From the NCBI GenBank assembly GCA_964014485.1, contig CAXHAT010000021.1:1-56251 (forward strand): a DNA stretch of 56,251 nucleotides. Reading direction: 5' to 3'. The position numbers were made by a program, and so were the translations under genes. The notes under the pieces are model-generated. The model had not been told where the DNA came from. It worked only from the letters and a program-made list of their open reading frames with translations, and did no database searches. This document shows, in pieces, positions 10,301-19,444 of the stretch. Every line of letters starts with the position of its first letter. Positions within the stretch are counted from its first letter, which is position 1. Source of the stretch: an uncultured Deferribacteres bacterium (lineage in GTDB: Bacteria > Zhuqueibacterota > Zhuqueibacteria > Zhuqueibacterales > Geothermadaptataceae).

Positions 10301-12971
10301 GACCGAGTATATCGTCACCGTCACGGATTTTAACGGCAAAACGGCGATGGACACGATGGTTGTCGTGATTCAACCTCTGGCCGTTGCCGACGCTGGCGCG
10401 GACAAAGTGATTTGCATCGGCGAATCGACCGTCATCGGCGGCGCACCGACGGCGGCTGGCGGCACCGCGCCGTTTACCTATTCCTGGGGTCCGGCAACAG
10501 GCCTGGATGACGCCACTTTGGCCAATCCGACCGCCTCGCCGACGGACACGACCGAGTATATCGTCACCATCACCGACGCCAACGGCAAGACCGACATGGA
10601 CACGATGATCGTGACCGTGCAGCCCTTGGCCGTTGCTGACGCGGGTGCGGATCAAGCGATTTGCGCGGGCGAATCCGTACAAATCGGCGGCAGTCCGACG
10701 GCGGCTGGCGGCACCGGGCCGTTTACCTACAGTTGGTCTCCGGCGGGAGGCCTCGACGATGCTTCGCTGGCCAACCCGACCGCTTCACTAGGCGCGACGA
10801 CGGCGTACATCGTCACGCTCACCGATTTCAACGGCAAGACCGACATGGACACGGTTCTGGTGACCGTCCATCCCAACCCGGTGGTCAACGCCGGGGCTGA
10901 CGTGGAAGTTTGTTTTGGCGAATCCGTCGCAATCGGCGGCGCCCCAACGGCTTCCGGCGGACTTGCGCCTTACGCCTACAGTTGGAGTCCGGCGACCGGT
11001 CTCGATAACGCCAGCATTTCCAACCCGACCGCTTCTCCGACCGTTGATACGGAATACATCGTCACTGTGACCGACGACAACAATTGCGTGACGATGGACA
11101 CGATTTTCGTCACGGTTCTTCCGCTGCCCATTGTCAATGCCGGAGCGGATCAGACGATCTGCGTCGGCGACAACGTCGTCATCGGCGGCGCTCCGACGGC
11201 AACCGGCGGCAATCCGGGCTATACCTACAGTTGGAGCCCGGCGCTTGGGCTGGATGACGCGACTCTCCCCAATCCCACCGCTTCACCGACGGACACGACG
11301 ACCTACATCGTCACCGTCACCGATTCGAAAAATTGCGTTTCAACCGACACCATGACGGTCAACGTCCAGCCGTTGCCGGTCGCGGACGCGGGACCGGACG
11401 TCGCGGTATGCGCGGACGATTCCGTGCAAATCGGCGGCAGCCCGACGGCTTCGGTTGGCGCCCCGCCGTTTGCCTACAGTTGGTCGCCGATCATTGGACT
11501 CGATGATCCGACCGCGGCCAATCCGATGGCTTCACCGGCGGGCACGACGACTTACACCGTCACCGTCACCGACGACAACGGCAAAATCGTCAACGACGAC
11601 GTGGAAGTGACCATTTATCCGCGCCCGACCGCTCATGCCGGGCCGGACGTTGACATTGTTTTTGGCGGCTCAACCAGCATCGGCGGGAGTCCGTCGTCAG
11701 CTTCCGGCGGAACCGCGCCTTACACTTACAGTTGGACGCCGGTCGAAGACCTTGACGATCCGACGCTGGCCAATCCGACGGCTAGTCCGTTTGCGACGAC
11801 GGATTATATTTTAACCGTCACCGACGTCAACGGCTGCACCGGCTCGGACACGATGACAGTCACTGTTTTTGACAATGTTTTTCTCTCTAACGGCGACATT
11901 GTCATTGAAGGCACGAAGCATGTCGGTTCCGCCGGTGTGATTCATTCCAACGCCAACATCATCTTTGAAAAAGGCGATCCCAGCGAGTACGACGTCGATC
12001 TCACCGCTGTTGACGATATTGAGATTAACAAAGAGGTGATTATCGACGGCGACGCAACCGCGGGCGGCGCGATCGATCTCGACGACGAAGGAACGATCAC
12101 CGGATCACAGAACGCAGGCGCTTCGGTTTCGCCGCTGCCTTTGCCGACGAAATCCTACACTGCCGGCGGCGCGGATCACGACGTGCCCGAAGACGGTTCG
12201 CTGACGCTGGCGCCCGGCTCCTACGGCGAAGTGACTCTGGAGCAAAACAGCACGCTGTTCCTGCAAAGCGGCGACTACTTTTTTGAAGAGTTGGTCACGA
12301 AAGACGATCCGGTCGTGTTCGATATCGACGTTTCCGGCGGGCCGATCACGGTCAATGTCGTGAACGATCTCGGCCTCGGCCATGAAATCGAAATCCGCCT
12401 GCCAAACGGCGAAGCGGACAGCGATTTGGTGACGTTCTGCACGCTGCAATCGGGAGAAATTGAGCTTGGACGGGAAGCGTATTTTCTCGGCACGTTGATC
12501 GCTGTCAACGCCGACGTGGTGATGAAGAAAAATACGCAATTGCGCGGCGGGATTTACGCCGAGTCGATCCTGATCGAAAGCGACTGTTTGTTCCTGGCGC
12601 ATAACTCGCCCGGCAGTCTGCTTGGACCGGGGTTGGCCAAAACCGTCGCTGACGCGGGCGAGGTCAATCGCATCAGCCTGGCGATTCCGGATAAGTTCGA
12701 ACTCTACCAGAATTACCCGAATCCGTTCAACCCGACCACAACGATTCGTTTTGACCTGCCGGAAACGCGCGAGATCAAAATCGCGATCTACAACAGCGTC
12801 GGCCAACTCGTGCGCACCCTCGTCGCCGACGAATACGCGGCGGGACAATACGAAACGACCTGGGACGCGCGTGACGAAAGCGGCGTCAAAGTCGCCAGCG
12901 GCATGTACATTTACGTCATCCGCGCGGGGCAGGCTTTTACGAGCCACCGCAAACTGTTATTGATGAAGTGA
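7368..12971 (+). CDS. Large secreted surface protein: N-terminal VNT..T..Q..P.(V/I)A repeat domain, 13 tandem Ig-like repeats, beta-rich domain, FlgD-Ig/T9SS-type C-terminal sorting domain
   Basis: 1867 aa; starts after a 3-nt gap from the fibre 3 stop, with AAGGAG upstream; signal peptide VFS-Q; C-terminus LYQNYPNPFNPTTTIRFDLP...WDARDESGVKVASGMYIY...KLLLMK. Confidence 0.9.
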   Translation: MFRKKLQQSHWTAGLCFMIMCAATSVFSQVTAVGGETQVNTVTDSTQKHPAVAMAQDGSYTIVWESLGQSGDADRFGIFQRRYSADGTPLSTGVVNSLTAGNQRYPDIAMAQNGAYVVFWMDDTKDDNTWSIQGRRFDNTGAALGDIFPLIENGTQAKFPKVSVQDNGDMVVVFAQIDTSTNTFSIRSRRITAAGVNVEAVQTVATSNTNFLGFPDVARDSDGDYVVVWQEENTDGSGLGIYARRYNSSAVAQGAAFKVNTTTAGNQQEPAIAMDVNGNFIVAWTSFGQDGDKGGIYAQRYLANGTPNGVETQINTTTTNSQDNVAVTMTTVGAYTLAWNSYAQDGSFDGVYLRAFAASGAAIGAEIKVNTRTTDFQQFAELAQYGSTDTLVVVWQDGLRHSSATHDGDDYGIYKQRYSTVSELMASAGPDTAICLGDSVQIGGAPSGAGGVPPYTYSWSPATGLSSASAANPTAMPTDTTEYILTVTDDNSDTAMDTVLVIIKPIPVVDAGADTSICLGESVVIGGGPTASGGTGVFTYAWTPTTGLDDATIANPTATPTDTTTYVVTVTDADGCVVKDSLTVTTHPLPIVDAGADTSICLGESVALGGAPTASDGTAPFTYSWSPAASLNDASLANPTATPTDTTEYIVTVTDANNCVVMDTIVVTTFPLPVVDAGADTAICLGESVDLGGAPTASGGTEPYTYAWTPAASLNDASLANPTATPTDTTEYIVTVTDANNCVVMDTIVVTTLPLPIADAGDDQAICLGDSVTIGGTPTAAGGTAPFTYSWTPIAGLSDATVANPKASPADTTEYIVTITDANGKTDMDTMIVVIQPLVVADAGADKSICLGESTVIGGVPTAAEGTGPFTYSWSPATGLDDASLANPTATPTDTTEYIVTVTDVHGKTDMDTMIVVIQPLAAADAGPDQAICLGDSVQIGGSPTATGGTAPFTYSWSPATGLDDATLANPMASPADTTEYIVTVTDFNGKTAMDTMVVVIQPLAVADAGADKVICIGESTVIGGAPTAAGGTAPFTYSWGPATGLDDATLANPTASPTDTTEYIVTITDANGKTDMDTMIVTVQPLAVADAGADQAICAGESVQIGGSPTAAGGTGPFTYSWSPAGGLDDASLANPTASLGATTAYIVTLTDFNGKTDMDTVLVTVHPNPVVNAGADVEVCFGESVAIGGAPTASGGLAPYAYSWSPATGLDNASISNPTASPTVDTEYIVTVTDDNNCVTMDTIFVTVLPLPIVNAGADQTICVGDNVVIGGAPTATGGNPGYTYSWSPALGLDDATLPNPTASPTDTTTYIVTVTDSKNCVSTDTMTVNVQPLPVADAGPDVAVCADDSVQIGGSPTASVGAPPFAYSWSPIIGLDDPTAANPMASPAGTTTYTVTVTDDNGKIVNDDVEVTIYPRPTAHAGPDVDIVFGGSTSIGGSPSSASGGTAPYTYSWTPVEDLDDPTLANPTASPFATTDYILTVTDVNGCTGSDTMTVTVFDNVFLSNGDIVIEGTKHVGSAGVIHSNANIIFEKGDPSEYDVDLTAVDDIEINKEVIIDGDATAGGAIDLDDEGTITGSQNAGASVSPLPLPTKSYTAGGADHDVPEDGSLTLAPGSYGEVTLEQNSTLFLQSGDYFFEELVTKDDPVVFDIDVSGGPITVNVVNDLGLGHEIEIRLPNGEADSDLVTFCTLQSGEIELGREAYFLGTLIAVNADVVMKKNTQLRGGIYAESILIESDCLFLAHNSPGSLLGPGLAKTVADAGEVNRISLAIPDKFELYQNYPNPFNPTTTIRFDLPETREIKIAIYNSVGQLVRTLVADEYAAGQYETTWDARDESGVKVASGMYIYVIRAGQAFTSHRKLLLMK
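8640..11876 (+). repeat. Intragenic tandem array of 13 units of about 249 bp (83 aa) encoding Ig/PKD-like domains
   Basis: Counted 13 units of consensus (V)DAG(A/P)D.(I/V)C.G(E/D)SV.IGG.PTA.GGT.P(F/Y)TYSW.P..GLDDA.LANPTA.P.DTT.Y.VTVTD; first two unit starts at 8640 and 8889. Confidence 0.9.
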
Positions 12972-13071
12972 CCCTGAAGCGCCAATTCGGTCAGACGCTG
13001 AGGAAACGTCTGACCGGATCAGCGCAGGGATGACTCATTTAGATCAAATCATAGATTGTTTTTGAAAATAG

Positions 13072-13113
13072 AACCGGTTTGCTCGGCATACGGCGAGTAC
13101 AACCGGTTTTTTT
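13072..13113 (+). terminator. Probable intrinsic terminator of the fibre operon (a further hairpin at 12988-13016)
   Basis: AACCGGTT...CTCG GCATACGG CGAG...AACCGGTT followed by a T-run; upstream hairpin CGGTCAGACG/CGTCTGACCG. Confidence 0.6.
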
Positions 13114-13276
13114 GTTTTTACCCGACTTTATTGGCTCGTTGTCGAGACCGCGCATTCTGGATGGTCAAAAAAAAATGGTGTGATCGATTGGTTTGATATA
13201 CTTTCCACCGTAATCTGGAATAATCACAAATTGTCTTTGAACACTCGATTTCAAAATATCAAAGTGGAGCAAGAAA

Positions 13277-16051
13277 ATGTCAAAGGTAAGAACTTGTCTG
13301 CGACGCGCATTTGTGCAGATTGCGCTGCTAATAATAGGGGCGTGTTCAATCCTGGCGCAGGAAAATGGTGAAATCGTCGGCACAATCACGACGGCGGAAA
13401 ATGGCGACGCCTTGCCGGGAACCAATATTTCAATCCGGGGAACAATGCGCGGCGGCAGCGCCGGAATGGACGGGAAATATCGGATCAGCATTCCCCCGGG
13501 AAAGTATACTTTGAAGGCGAGCTTCATCGGCTATCTTTCAGTTCAAAAATCGGTGACTGTGAAAGCCGGCGAGCGAATTACGGTGAATTTTCAGCTTGCC
13601 GAAAGCGCCGTCATGTTCGGCGACGCACTCGTCGTCATCGGTTCGCGAACCACCCGCACCGCCATCGAAACCCCGGTACCAGTGGACGTGATTTCGAGCG
13701 CCGACATTCGTGACTCCGGACAGCCTGAAGTCAACCAAATGCTCGCCACACTCGCTCCATCTTTCAGCGCATCGCACCAGACGATCTCCGACGGCACTGA
13801 TCACATCAATCCCGCTAGTTTGCGCGGACTTGGGCCGGATCAGGTTCTCGTTTTGGTCAACGGCAGCCGTCGCCACCAGACGGCCTTGACCCATGTCAAC
13901 GGCACGTTTGGGCGCGGCACGGTCGGCGTGGATTTAAACGCGATTCCGACGGCGGCGATCGAACGCATCGAGGTGTTGCGCGACGGTGCGGCGGCGCAAT
14001 ACGGTTCCGACGCCATCGCTGGAGTGATCAACATTGTTTTGAAAGAACAGACGGAAAACGTAGAGGTAAACACTTCGGTCGGGATTACCGGCGAGGGCGA
14101 CGGCGAAGTCATTAAAACGGACGTGAACTACGGTTTTCGCGTTGGCGAACACGGGTTTTTCAACATCACCGCTGAATTTTTAGACCGCGCGCGCACCAAT
14201 CGCTCGGAAACCTACACCGGCCCGATTTACTTTTCCGAGCATCCGACTTTTGGCTACACGGACGAAATCAGGAACGCCGACGATGAGAGAATGCGCGCCG
14301 CCGGTTTGACGCGCGACGATTTTACCATGAAAACAGGCCAGAGCGCGGCGGACTTTGGCGCGGCTTTTTTTAATTCCGAAATTCCATTGACGGGAAGTGC
14401 GGAGTTTTACACGTTCGGCGGCTATTCGCACCGCAGCGGGGCGGCGACGGGATTTTATCGTTTGCCGAATCAGGAAGAACGCGTCGTTTTTGATATCTTT
14501 CCCAACGGTTTCTTGCCGGAAATTCATACCGAAATTGTGGATAATGCCTTAACCGCCGGCGTCCGCGGCGCCCGACGCGGCTGGGACGTCGATTTTAGCT
14601 TGACCCACGGCGAGAACGCTTTTCAATTCAACATTGAAAACACCAACAACGCATCTCTGGGCGCAGCGAGTCCAACCTCGTTTGACGCCGGACGTTTGCG
14701 ATTCGCACAGACCGTGGGCAATTTCGACGCGGTTCGTTTCATCAAAACAGACGCCGTTAAATCGCTTTCCCTTGTCGCGGGCGGAGAATTTCGTGTTGAG
14801 AATTACCGAATTTCTGCGGGAGAAGACGCTTCCTGGCAACTCGGCAACGGCGGGTCACGCCCGGGAATCGATTTTGACACCACCGCGACCGGTGCGCCGA
14901 AGAATCCGGGATCGCAAGTTTTCGCCGGTTTTCAGCCTGATAATGAAGTCAATCGCTTTCGCAATAGCATCAGCGCCTACGCCGGGTTTGAAAGCCAAAT
15001 CACCGACGCGCTTTTGATCGACGTTGGCGGACGCTTCGAGAACTACAGTGACTTCGGCAATCGCGTCATTGGAAAATTGGCGACGCGCCTGGAATTGACC
15101 CCTCAATTCGCGTTGCGCGGCGCCGTGAGCACTGGCTTTCGCGCACCATCGCTGCATCAAGTCTGGTTTAACAACGTTTCGATCCAGTTTGTGATTGACC
15201 CGAACACGGGCGCTTTGGAGCCAAGCCGCGTTTTGACTGCGTCGAATCACGATCCCGTGACCAAGGCCTTTGGCATTCCTGAACTCACGGAAGAAACCTC
15301 GGTCAATTTTAGCGCGGGATTCACAGCAAGGCCGCTGAACAATTTTTCCATCACCGCCGACGGTTACTTGATCAACATCGACGACCGCATTGTGCTCTCC
15401 AGCCGGTTTTCCGACAGCGATGCGACCGTCGCGCAAATTCTTTCGCCGTTTCAAAGCTCTGGCGTTGGCGCCGCGCAGTTTTTTGCTAACGCCGTCGATA
15501 CCGAAACAATGGGCTTGGATGTGGTCGCTTCTTACGGGATGAATCTGGGCGCGGGGCGTTTAAACGTGACGGCTTCCGCCAATTTCACCAAGACCGAAGT
15601 GCTGAACACGAACATCCCGCAAAGCGTAGCGGACGTTTTTTCCAGCGGCGACTTGGCTGGCGTGCGCAACACGCTTTTTAACCGGGAAGAAAGAAATCGT
15701 CTGGAAGACGCTTTGCCGCGTGAGAAGGGCAATCTCTCCCTCCGGTATAATCGCGGCAAGTTCAATCTCGCGGCGCGCGCTTCCTATTTTGGCGAGATTT
15801 ATTACAAGCCAACCAATCCGGCGAACGACGAGATTTTTAACGCCAAAACCATCTTTGATCTTGATCTGGCCTACGAATTATTCGACGGCGTGCGTTGGTC
15901 GGTGGGAGGAAACAACATTTTGAATACTTTTCCGGATCGCCAAACCGTGTCCGGCAACATTAGCAGCGGACGCTTTCCCTACAGCCGCCGCGTCACGCAG
16001 TTTGGCATAAACGGCGGGTTTTATTATTCTCGGCTAAGGCTTGATCTGTAG
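13277..16051 (+). CDS. TonB-dependent receptor with N-terminal carboxypeptidase-regulatory-like domain
   Basis: Plug motifs VVIGSR, LRGLGPDQVLVLVNG, IERIEVLRDGAAAQYGSDAIAGVINI; barrel motifs STGFRAPSL and C-terminal GGFYYSRLRLDL. Confidence 0.93.
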   Translation: MSKVRTCLRRAFVQIALLIIGACSILAQENGEIVGTITTAENGDALPGTNISIRGTMRGGSAGMDGKYRISIPPGKYTLKASFIGYLSVQKSVTVKAGERITVNFQLAESAVMFGDALVVIGSRTTRTAIETPVPVDVISSADIRDSGQPEVNQMLATLAPSFSASHQTISDGTDHINPASLRGLGPDQVLVLVNGSRRHQTALTHVNGTFGRGTVGVDLNAIPTAAIERIEVLRDGAAAQYGSDAIAGVINIVLKEQTENVEVNTSVGITGEGDGEVIKTDVNYGFRVGEHGFFNITAEFLDRARTNRSETYTGPIYFSEHPTFGYTDEIRNADDERMRAAGLTRDDFTMKTGQSAADFGAAFFNSEIPLTGSAEFYTFGGYSHRSGAATGFYRLPNQEERVVFDIFPNGFLPEIHTEIVDNALTAGVRGARRGWDVDFSLTHGENAFQFNIENTNNASLGAASPTSFDAGRLRFAQTVGNFDAVRFIKTDAVKSLSLVAGGEFRVENYRISAGEDASWQLGNGGSRPGIDFDTTATGAPKNPGSQVFAGFQPDNEVNRFRNSISAYAGFESQITDALLIDVGGRFENYSDFGNRVIGKLATRLELTPQFALRGAVSTGFRAPSLHQVWFNNVSIQFVIDPNTGALEPSRVLTASNHDPVTKAFGIPELTEETSVNFSAGFTARPLNNFSITADGYLINIDDRIVLSSRFSDSDATVAQILSPFQSSGVGAAQFFANAVDTETMGLDVVASYGMNLGAGRLNVTASANFTKTEVLNTNIPQSVADVFSSGDLAGVRNTLFNREERNRLEDALPREKGNLSLRYNRGKFNLAARASYFGEIYYKPTNPANDEIFNAKTIFDLDLAYELFDGVRWSVGGNNILNTFPDRQTVSGNISSGRFPYSRRVTQFGINGGFYYSRLRLDL

Positions 16052-16182
16052 GGAGTAAATCGGGGTGTAAATTATATTGCATTTTTTGTTCACGCGCGCT
16101 ATTGTAATATACTTTTGAAATCAGGTTGGTGAGAAATTCCATCAAAGCATAAACATTGAGGCAAAAAAGAGGCGGTTTACTT

Positions 16183-16452
16183 ATGGCGGCAACAAATGTT
16201 AACGTCAGAATTGGCGGCAATCTTCGGACGCATTTAGACCAACAGATCGGTACAAACGGATTGTATGAAAACGCCAGTGAATACATTCGCGATCTTATTC
16301 GGCGAGATTTGAGCAGTCAAAAAGATGCATGGCGTTGGCTGAAACAGAAACTGGAACCTGGACTGCGCGCAGACGAAAGCGAATTTACCAAGATCTCAAA
16401 AGAAGAGATCATTGCAAGGGCCAGAAAACGTTATTTGAACGACTTGGAATAG
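16183..16452 (+). CDS. parD: ParD-like (CopG/Arc/MetJ RHH) antitoxin
   Basis: GLYENASEYIRDLIRRD motif; ATG 16183 after GAGGCGG; directly upstream of a ParE-type toxin. Confidence 0.8.
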   Translation: MAATNVNVRIGGNLRTHLDQQIGTNGLYENASEYIRDLIRRDLSSQKDAWRWLKQKLEPGLRADESEFTKISKEEIIARARKRYLNDLE

Positions 16453-16453
16453 C

Positions 16454-16792
16454 ATGGCCAACTTTCATATTTACAAAACGGCGGCATTTGAACTAGAAGA
16501 TATTTGGTTGTATTCAGCCAGGACTTGGGGTGAAAGACAAGCTGATAAGTACATCGCGCAAATATACGATTGTTTACAAGAACTGGCTGATAAAGAAAAA
16601 CATTGGAGAAAACCACCGCGAGAACTATGCGTTCCTGCGGATATTGACCACGGCATATTTTTTTACCATCATGGGCGGCATTATATTTTTTTTCGTGAAT
16701 TCCAAAACAGCGATATTGGCGTTATTAGCATTTTACACGACGCTATGAACATACCCGTCCGGCTTGCAATTGATCTGGAAAAGATCAAATAG
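16454..16792 (+). CDS. parE: RelE/ParE family toxin
   Basis: A..ELEDIWLYS..TWG..QADKY...H.IFF...I.VISILH..M signature. Confidence 0.85.
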   Translation: MANFHIYKTAAFELEDIWLYSARTWGERQADKYIAQIYDCLQELADKEKHWRKPPRELCVPADIDHGIFFYHHGRHYIFFREFQNSDIGVISILHDAMNIPVRLAIDLEKIK

Positions 16793-16855
16793 AAAAAATG
16801 CCGCATAACAGAGTAAACCGCTCCAAAATTCGGAATCATACAACCCTTTCAATTT

Positions 16856-18145
16856 ATGAAGCTCACCACCTGTTTTTTATTCTCACTCACTTTTTCCCAA
16901 GCATTTGCCCAAAACGATTGGCCGGATTTCCGCGGGCCGCTGACCAACGGACATGTTCCGTCGAGCCATGAAAACCCGGACGGAAGCGATTTACCGCTTG
17001 TTTGGAGCGAGACCGAGAACGTGACCTGGAAAACGCCGATTCCACACCTCGGCTGGTCAACGCCAGTGATTATGAACGACCAAATCTGGCTGACGACGGC
17101 GACAAAGGACGGTCACGAGTTTTTTGTGATATGCGTTGATGCAAAGACCGGCGAAATCCTACTCAACAAAAAGCTTTTTCACAGCGATAATCCTGAGCCA
17201 CTGGGCAATCCGCTCAACGGCTACGCCTCGCCTTCACCAGTGATCGAGCCGGGCCGCGTTTACGTGCATTTTGGCAGTTACGGCACGGCGTGCCTGGACA
17301 CGGAAACATTCGAAGTGCTTTGGCAGCGCGATGACATGCCATGCCGCCATTTTCGCGGGCCGGGATCATCGCCTTTTCTGTTCGAAAATTCCCTGATTTT
17401 GAGCATGGACGGTGTGGACGTGCAATACATGATCGCGCTGGACAAACGCACGGGGAAGACGCTCTGGAAAACCGATCGCTCGGTTGAGTTTAAGGATTTG
17501 GGCCCTGACGGCAAACCGATGGCGGAAGGTGATTTTCGCAAAGCGTACGGCACACCAATTCTGGTGGAAGAGAACGGCGAAAAGCAATTGATTACAGTCG
17601 GCGCCAAAGCGGCTTACAGCTACAATCCCGCGACCGGGGAAGAGCTTTGGAAGGTGCGCTACGATTCATTTTCCGGCGCGGCGCGACCGGTTTATGGTGA
17701 CGGGGTTGTTTTTATCGCGGCAGGCTTCGGCCCGGCGGAACTTTTGGCTATTCGTACTGACGGCAGGGGAGACGTGAAGGATTCGCACATTGCCTGGCGC
17801 AGAAAACAAGGCGCCCCGGAAATGCCCTCGCCGATCTTGGTAGACGACCTTTTGTTTTGGGTGAACGACAATGGCGTGGCGTATTGCGTGGAAGCAAAGA
17901 CGGGCGCGGAAGTGTGGCGAGCGAGAATCGGCGGCAATTATTCTTCTTCTTTGATCTATGCGGCAGGACGCTTATACATTTTCGATTGCGACGGCAAAGG
18001 GACGGTTTTTAAGGCCGGACGAAAATTCGAAAAACTGGCGACCAACGCCCTCGATTCCGGCGCGATGGCTTCCCCCGCCGTCTCCGGCAACGCTCTCATT
18101 CTCAGAACAAAGACGCATTTGTACAGAGTGGAGAAGCAAAAATGA
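16856..18145 (+). CDS. Secreted PQQ-like beta-propeller repeat protein
   Basis: Signal peptide AFA-Q; DWPDFRGP, G.SSPVI, LDKRTGKTLW, TGEELW repeats; C-terminal ASPAVSGNALILRT..HLY. Confidence 0.85.
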   Translation: MKLTTCFLFSLTFSQAFAQNDWPDFRGPLTNGHVPSSHENPDGSDLPLVWSETENVTWKTPIPHLGWSTPVIMNDQIWLTTATKDGHEFFVICVDAKTGEILLNKKLFHSDNPEPLGNPLNGYASPSPVIEPGRVYVHFGSYGTACLDTETFEVLWQRDDMPCRHFRGPGSSPFLFENSLILSMDGVDVQYMIALDKRTGKTLWKTDRSVEFKDLGPDGKPMAEGDFRKAYGTPILVEENGEKQLITVGAKAAYSYNPATGEELWKVRYDSFSGAARPVYGDGVVFIAAGFGPAELLAIRTDGRGDVKDSHIAWRRKQGAPEMPSPILVDDLLFWVNDNGVAYCVEAKTGAEVWRARIGGNYSSSLIYAAGRLYIFDCDGKGTVFKAGRKFEKLATNALDSGAMASPAVSGNALILRTKTHLYRVEKQK

Positions 18146-18170
18146 TATGACTACAAAAAATATGCGAATG

Positions 18171-18428
18171 TTATGCCGGTGAGGAGAGGGGGATCAGTAA
18201 GCCGCGTTGTTCAGGCACAATTTTCAGAAATCCGTTTGCGTCATAAAAGTATGACTCACCTTCTTCATCGACGATGTTTAAAAAACCTTCATTCTCTGAT
18301 TTTTCGTCCGGGATATACTCGTATATTTTCATCGCGAACAAACTAACGCCGTCATATTCGCCGGGATCGATGCAAAGTGCGAGAGGTTTTTTTTGCAAAT
18401 CTTGTAAACTCATAAGCGTCGTTTCCAT
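18171..18428 (-). CDS. Small acidic hypothetical protein (second gene of an overlapping pair)
   Basis: 85 aa, LCIDPGEYDGVSLFAMKIYEYIPDE...IVDEEGESYFY; overlaps the upstream gene by 19 nt. Confidence 0.7.
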   Translation of the reverse strand: METTLMSLQDLQKKPLALCIDPGEYDGVSLFAMKIYEYIPDEKSENEGFLNIVDEEGESYFYDANGFLKIVPEQRGLLIPLSSPA

Positions 18429-18652
18429 TTAATTTTCATATTGACTTTGCCTATTCCATGCGCTTCGAACCAGTGCAGTTCCGCATCATACAAATGACCA
18501 AATTGACGAATAGTCGCCCGACCCTTCTTCTTTTTCCAGGCTGCCGGCTTGCCGCCGTATTGTTTGAGGAGATGCGGCAAGACGCGAATGCCGCGTCCTT
18601 GGGCAATAGGTTCTATTTTTTCGATTCTCGAAACTAACTCAAACTGCTCCAT
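18410..18652 (-). CDS. Small basic hypothetical protein (first gene of the pair)
   Basis: 80 aa from ATG 18652: MEQFELVSRIEKIEPIAQGRGIR...W.KKKG.ATI...AELHWFEAHGIGKVNMKIK. Confidence 0.7.
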   Translation of the reverse strand: MEQFELVSRIEKIEPIAQGRGIRVLPHLLKQYGGKPAAWKKKKGRATIRQFGHLYDAELHWFEAHGIGKVNMKIKWKRRL

Positions 18653-18855
18653 GATTTTGAGTATACAAAGCGCTTGAGTTAAAGTCAAGACGGCCACAAT
18701 GTCGTCATAAAATCAAATAAGCATGACCGTAACAGAGGAAAGGTTTACTGCTATGAGACGGAGTGAAAACAATTGTTGGAAAGTTTTAAGAAGAACTTTA
18801 TTTTAGCAAAAACTCAGACCGATTTTATCAAAATTTTTTGTGGAGAAATTGTGCG

Positions 18856-19110
18856 ATGAGTGCATCGTTGCGAGCGCTTGAAACGACTGGAACAATCGAT
18901 GAGCAACACCGACTCGTTCTCGATGATGCGATCCCGGTCGCCGCTCAAAAAAAAGTTCGCGTTCTTATTCTTTTGCCGGAAGAAAGCGATATTGACGAAA
19001 AAGAGTGGTTGAAAGCCGCTTCCGCGAACCCGGCTTTTGAGTTTCTAAACGACCCAGCGGAAGACCTCTATACCGCAACGGATGGGGAGCCGTTCCGGAA
19101 TGAAACATAG
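18856..19110 (+). CDS. Putative antitoxin partner of the downstream MazF/PemK toxin
   Basis: 84 aa, acidic C-terminus EWLKAASANPAFEFLNDPAEDLY...DGEPF; overlaps the toxin start. Confidence 0.65.
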   Translation: MSASLRALETTGTIDEQHRLVLDDAIPVAAQKKVRVLILLPEESDIDEKEWLKAASANPAFEFLNDPAEDLYTATDGEPFRNET

Positions 19111-19438
19111 AATTGTATTGGTTCCTTTCCCGTTTGACGATCTCTCTTCAAAAAAATTACGTCCCGCCTTGATCTTGACTGAGCCGGTCGGCGATCACCG
19201 TCACGTCGTTCTGGCCTTTATCACCAGCCGAACTCCCGACATTCTTCTCGAAACGGATATTGAGTTAAAAACGGATTCAAAAGATTTTGCTGAAACAGGT
19301 TTACGTGTGGCTTCTACGATTCGCCTGCACCGTTTGATGACCGTTTCAACCAATATCATTCAACGTGAGTTGGGCGTTTCACCTGTTTCCGTAAACACGG
19401 AAATCACCGACAAACTACGGAAGTTTTTCGAAATTTAA
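19100..19438 (+). CDS. PemK/MazF family toxin
   Basis: IVLVPFPFDDLSSKKLRPALIL...ITS...TGLRVASTIRLHRLMTV motif. Confidence 0.88.
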   Translation: MKHRIVLVPFPFDDLSSKKLRPALILTEPVGDHRHVVLAFITSRTPDILLETDIELKTDSKDFAETGLRVASTIRLHRLMTVSTNIIQRELGVSPVSVNTEITDKLRKFFEI

Positions 19439-19444
19439 TTTAGA

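Noticed and set aside
8640..11876. CRISPR array or DNA-level mobile repeat
   Set aside because: Units are ~249-bp in-frame coding repeats diverged at synonymous sites, with no repeat-spacer structure and no cas genes.
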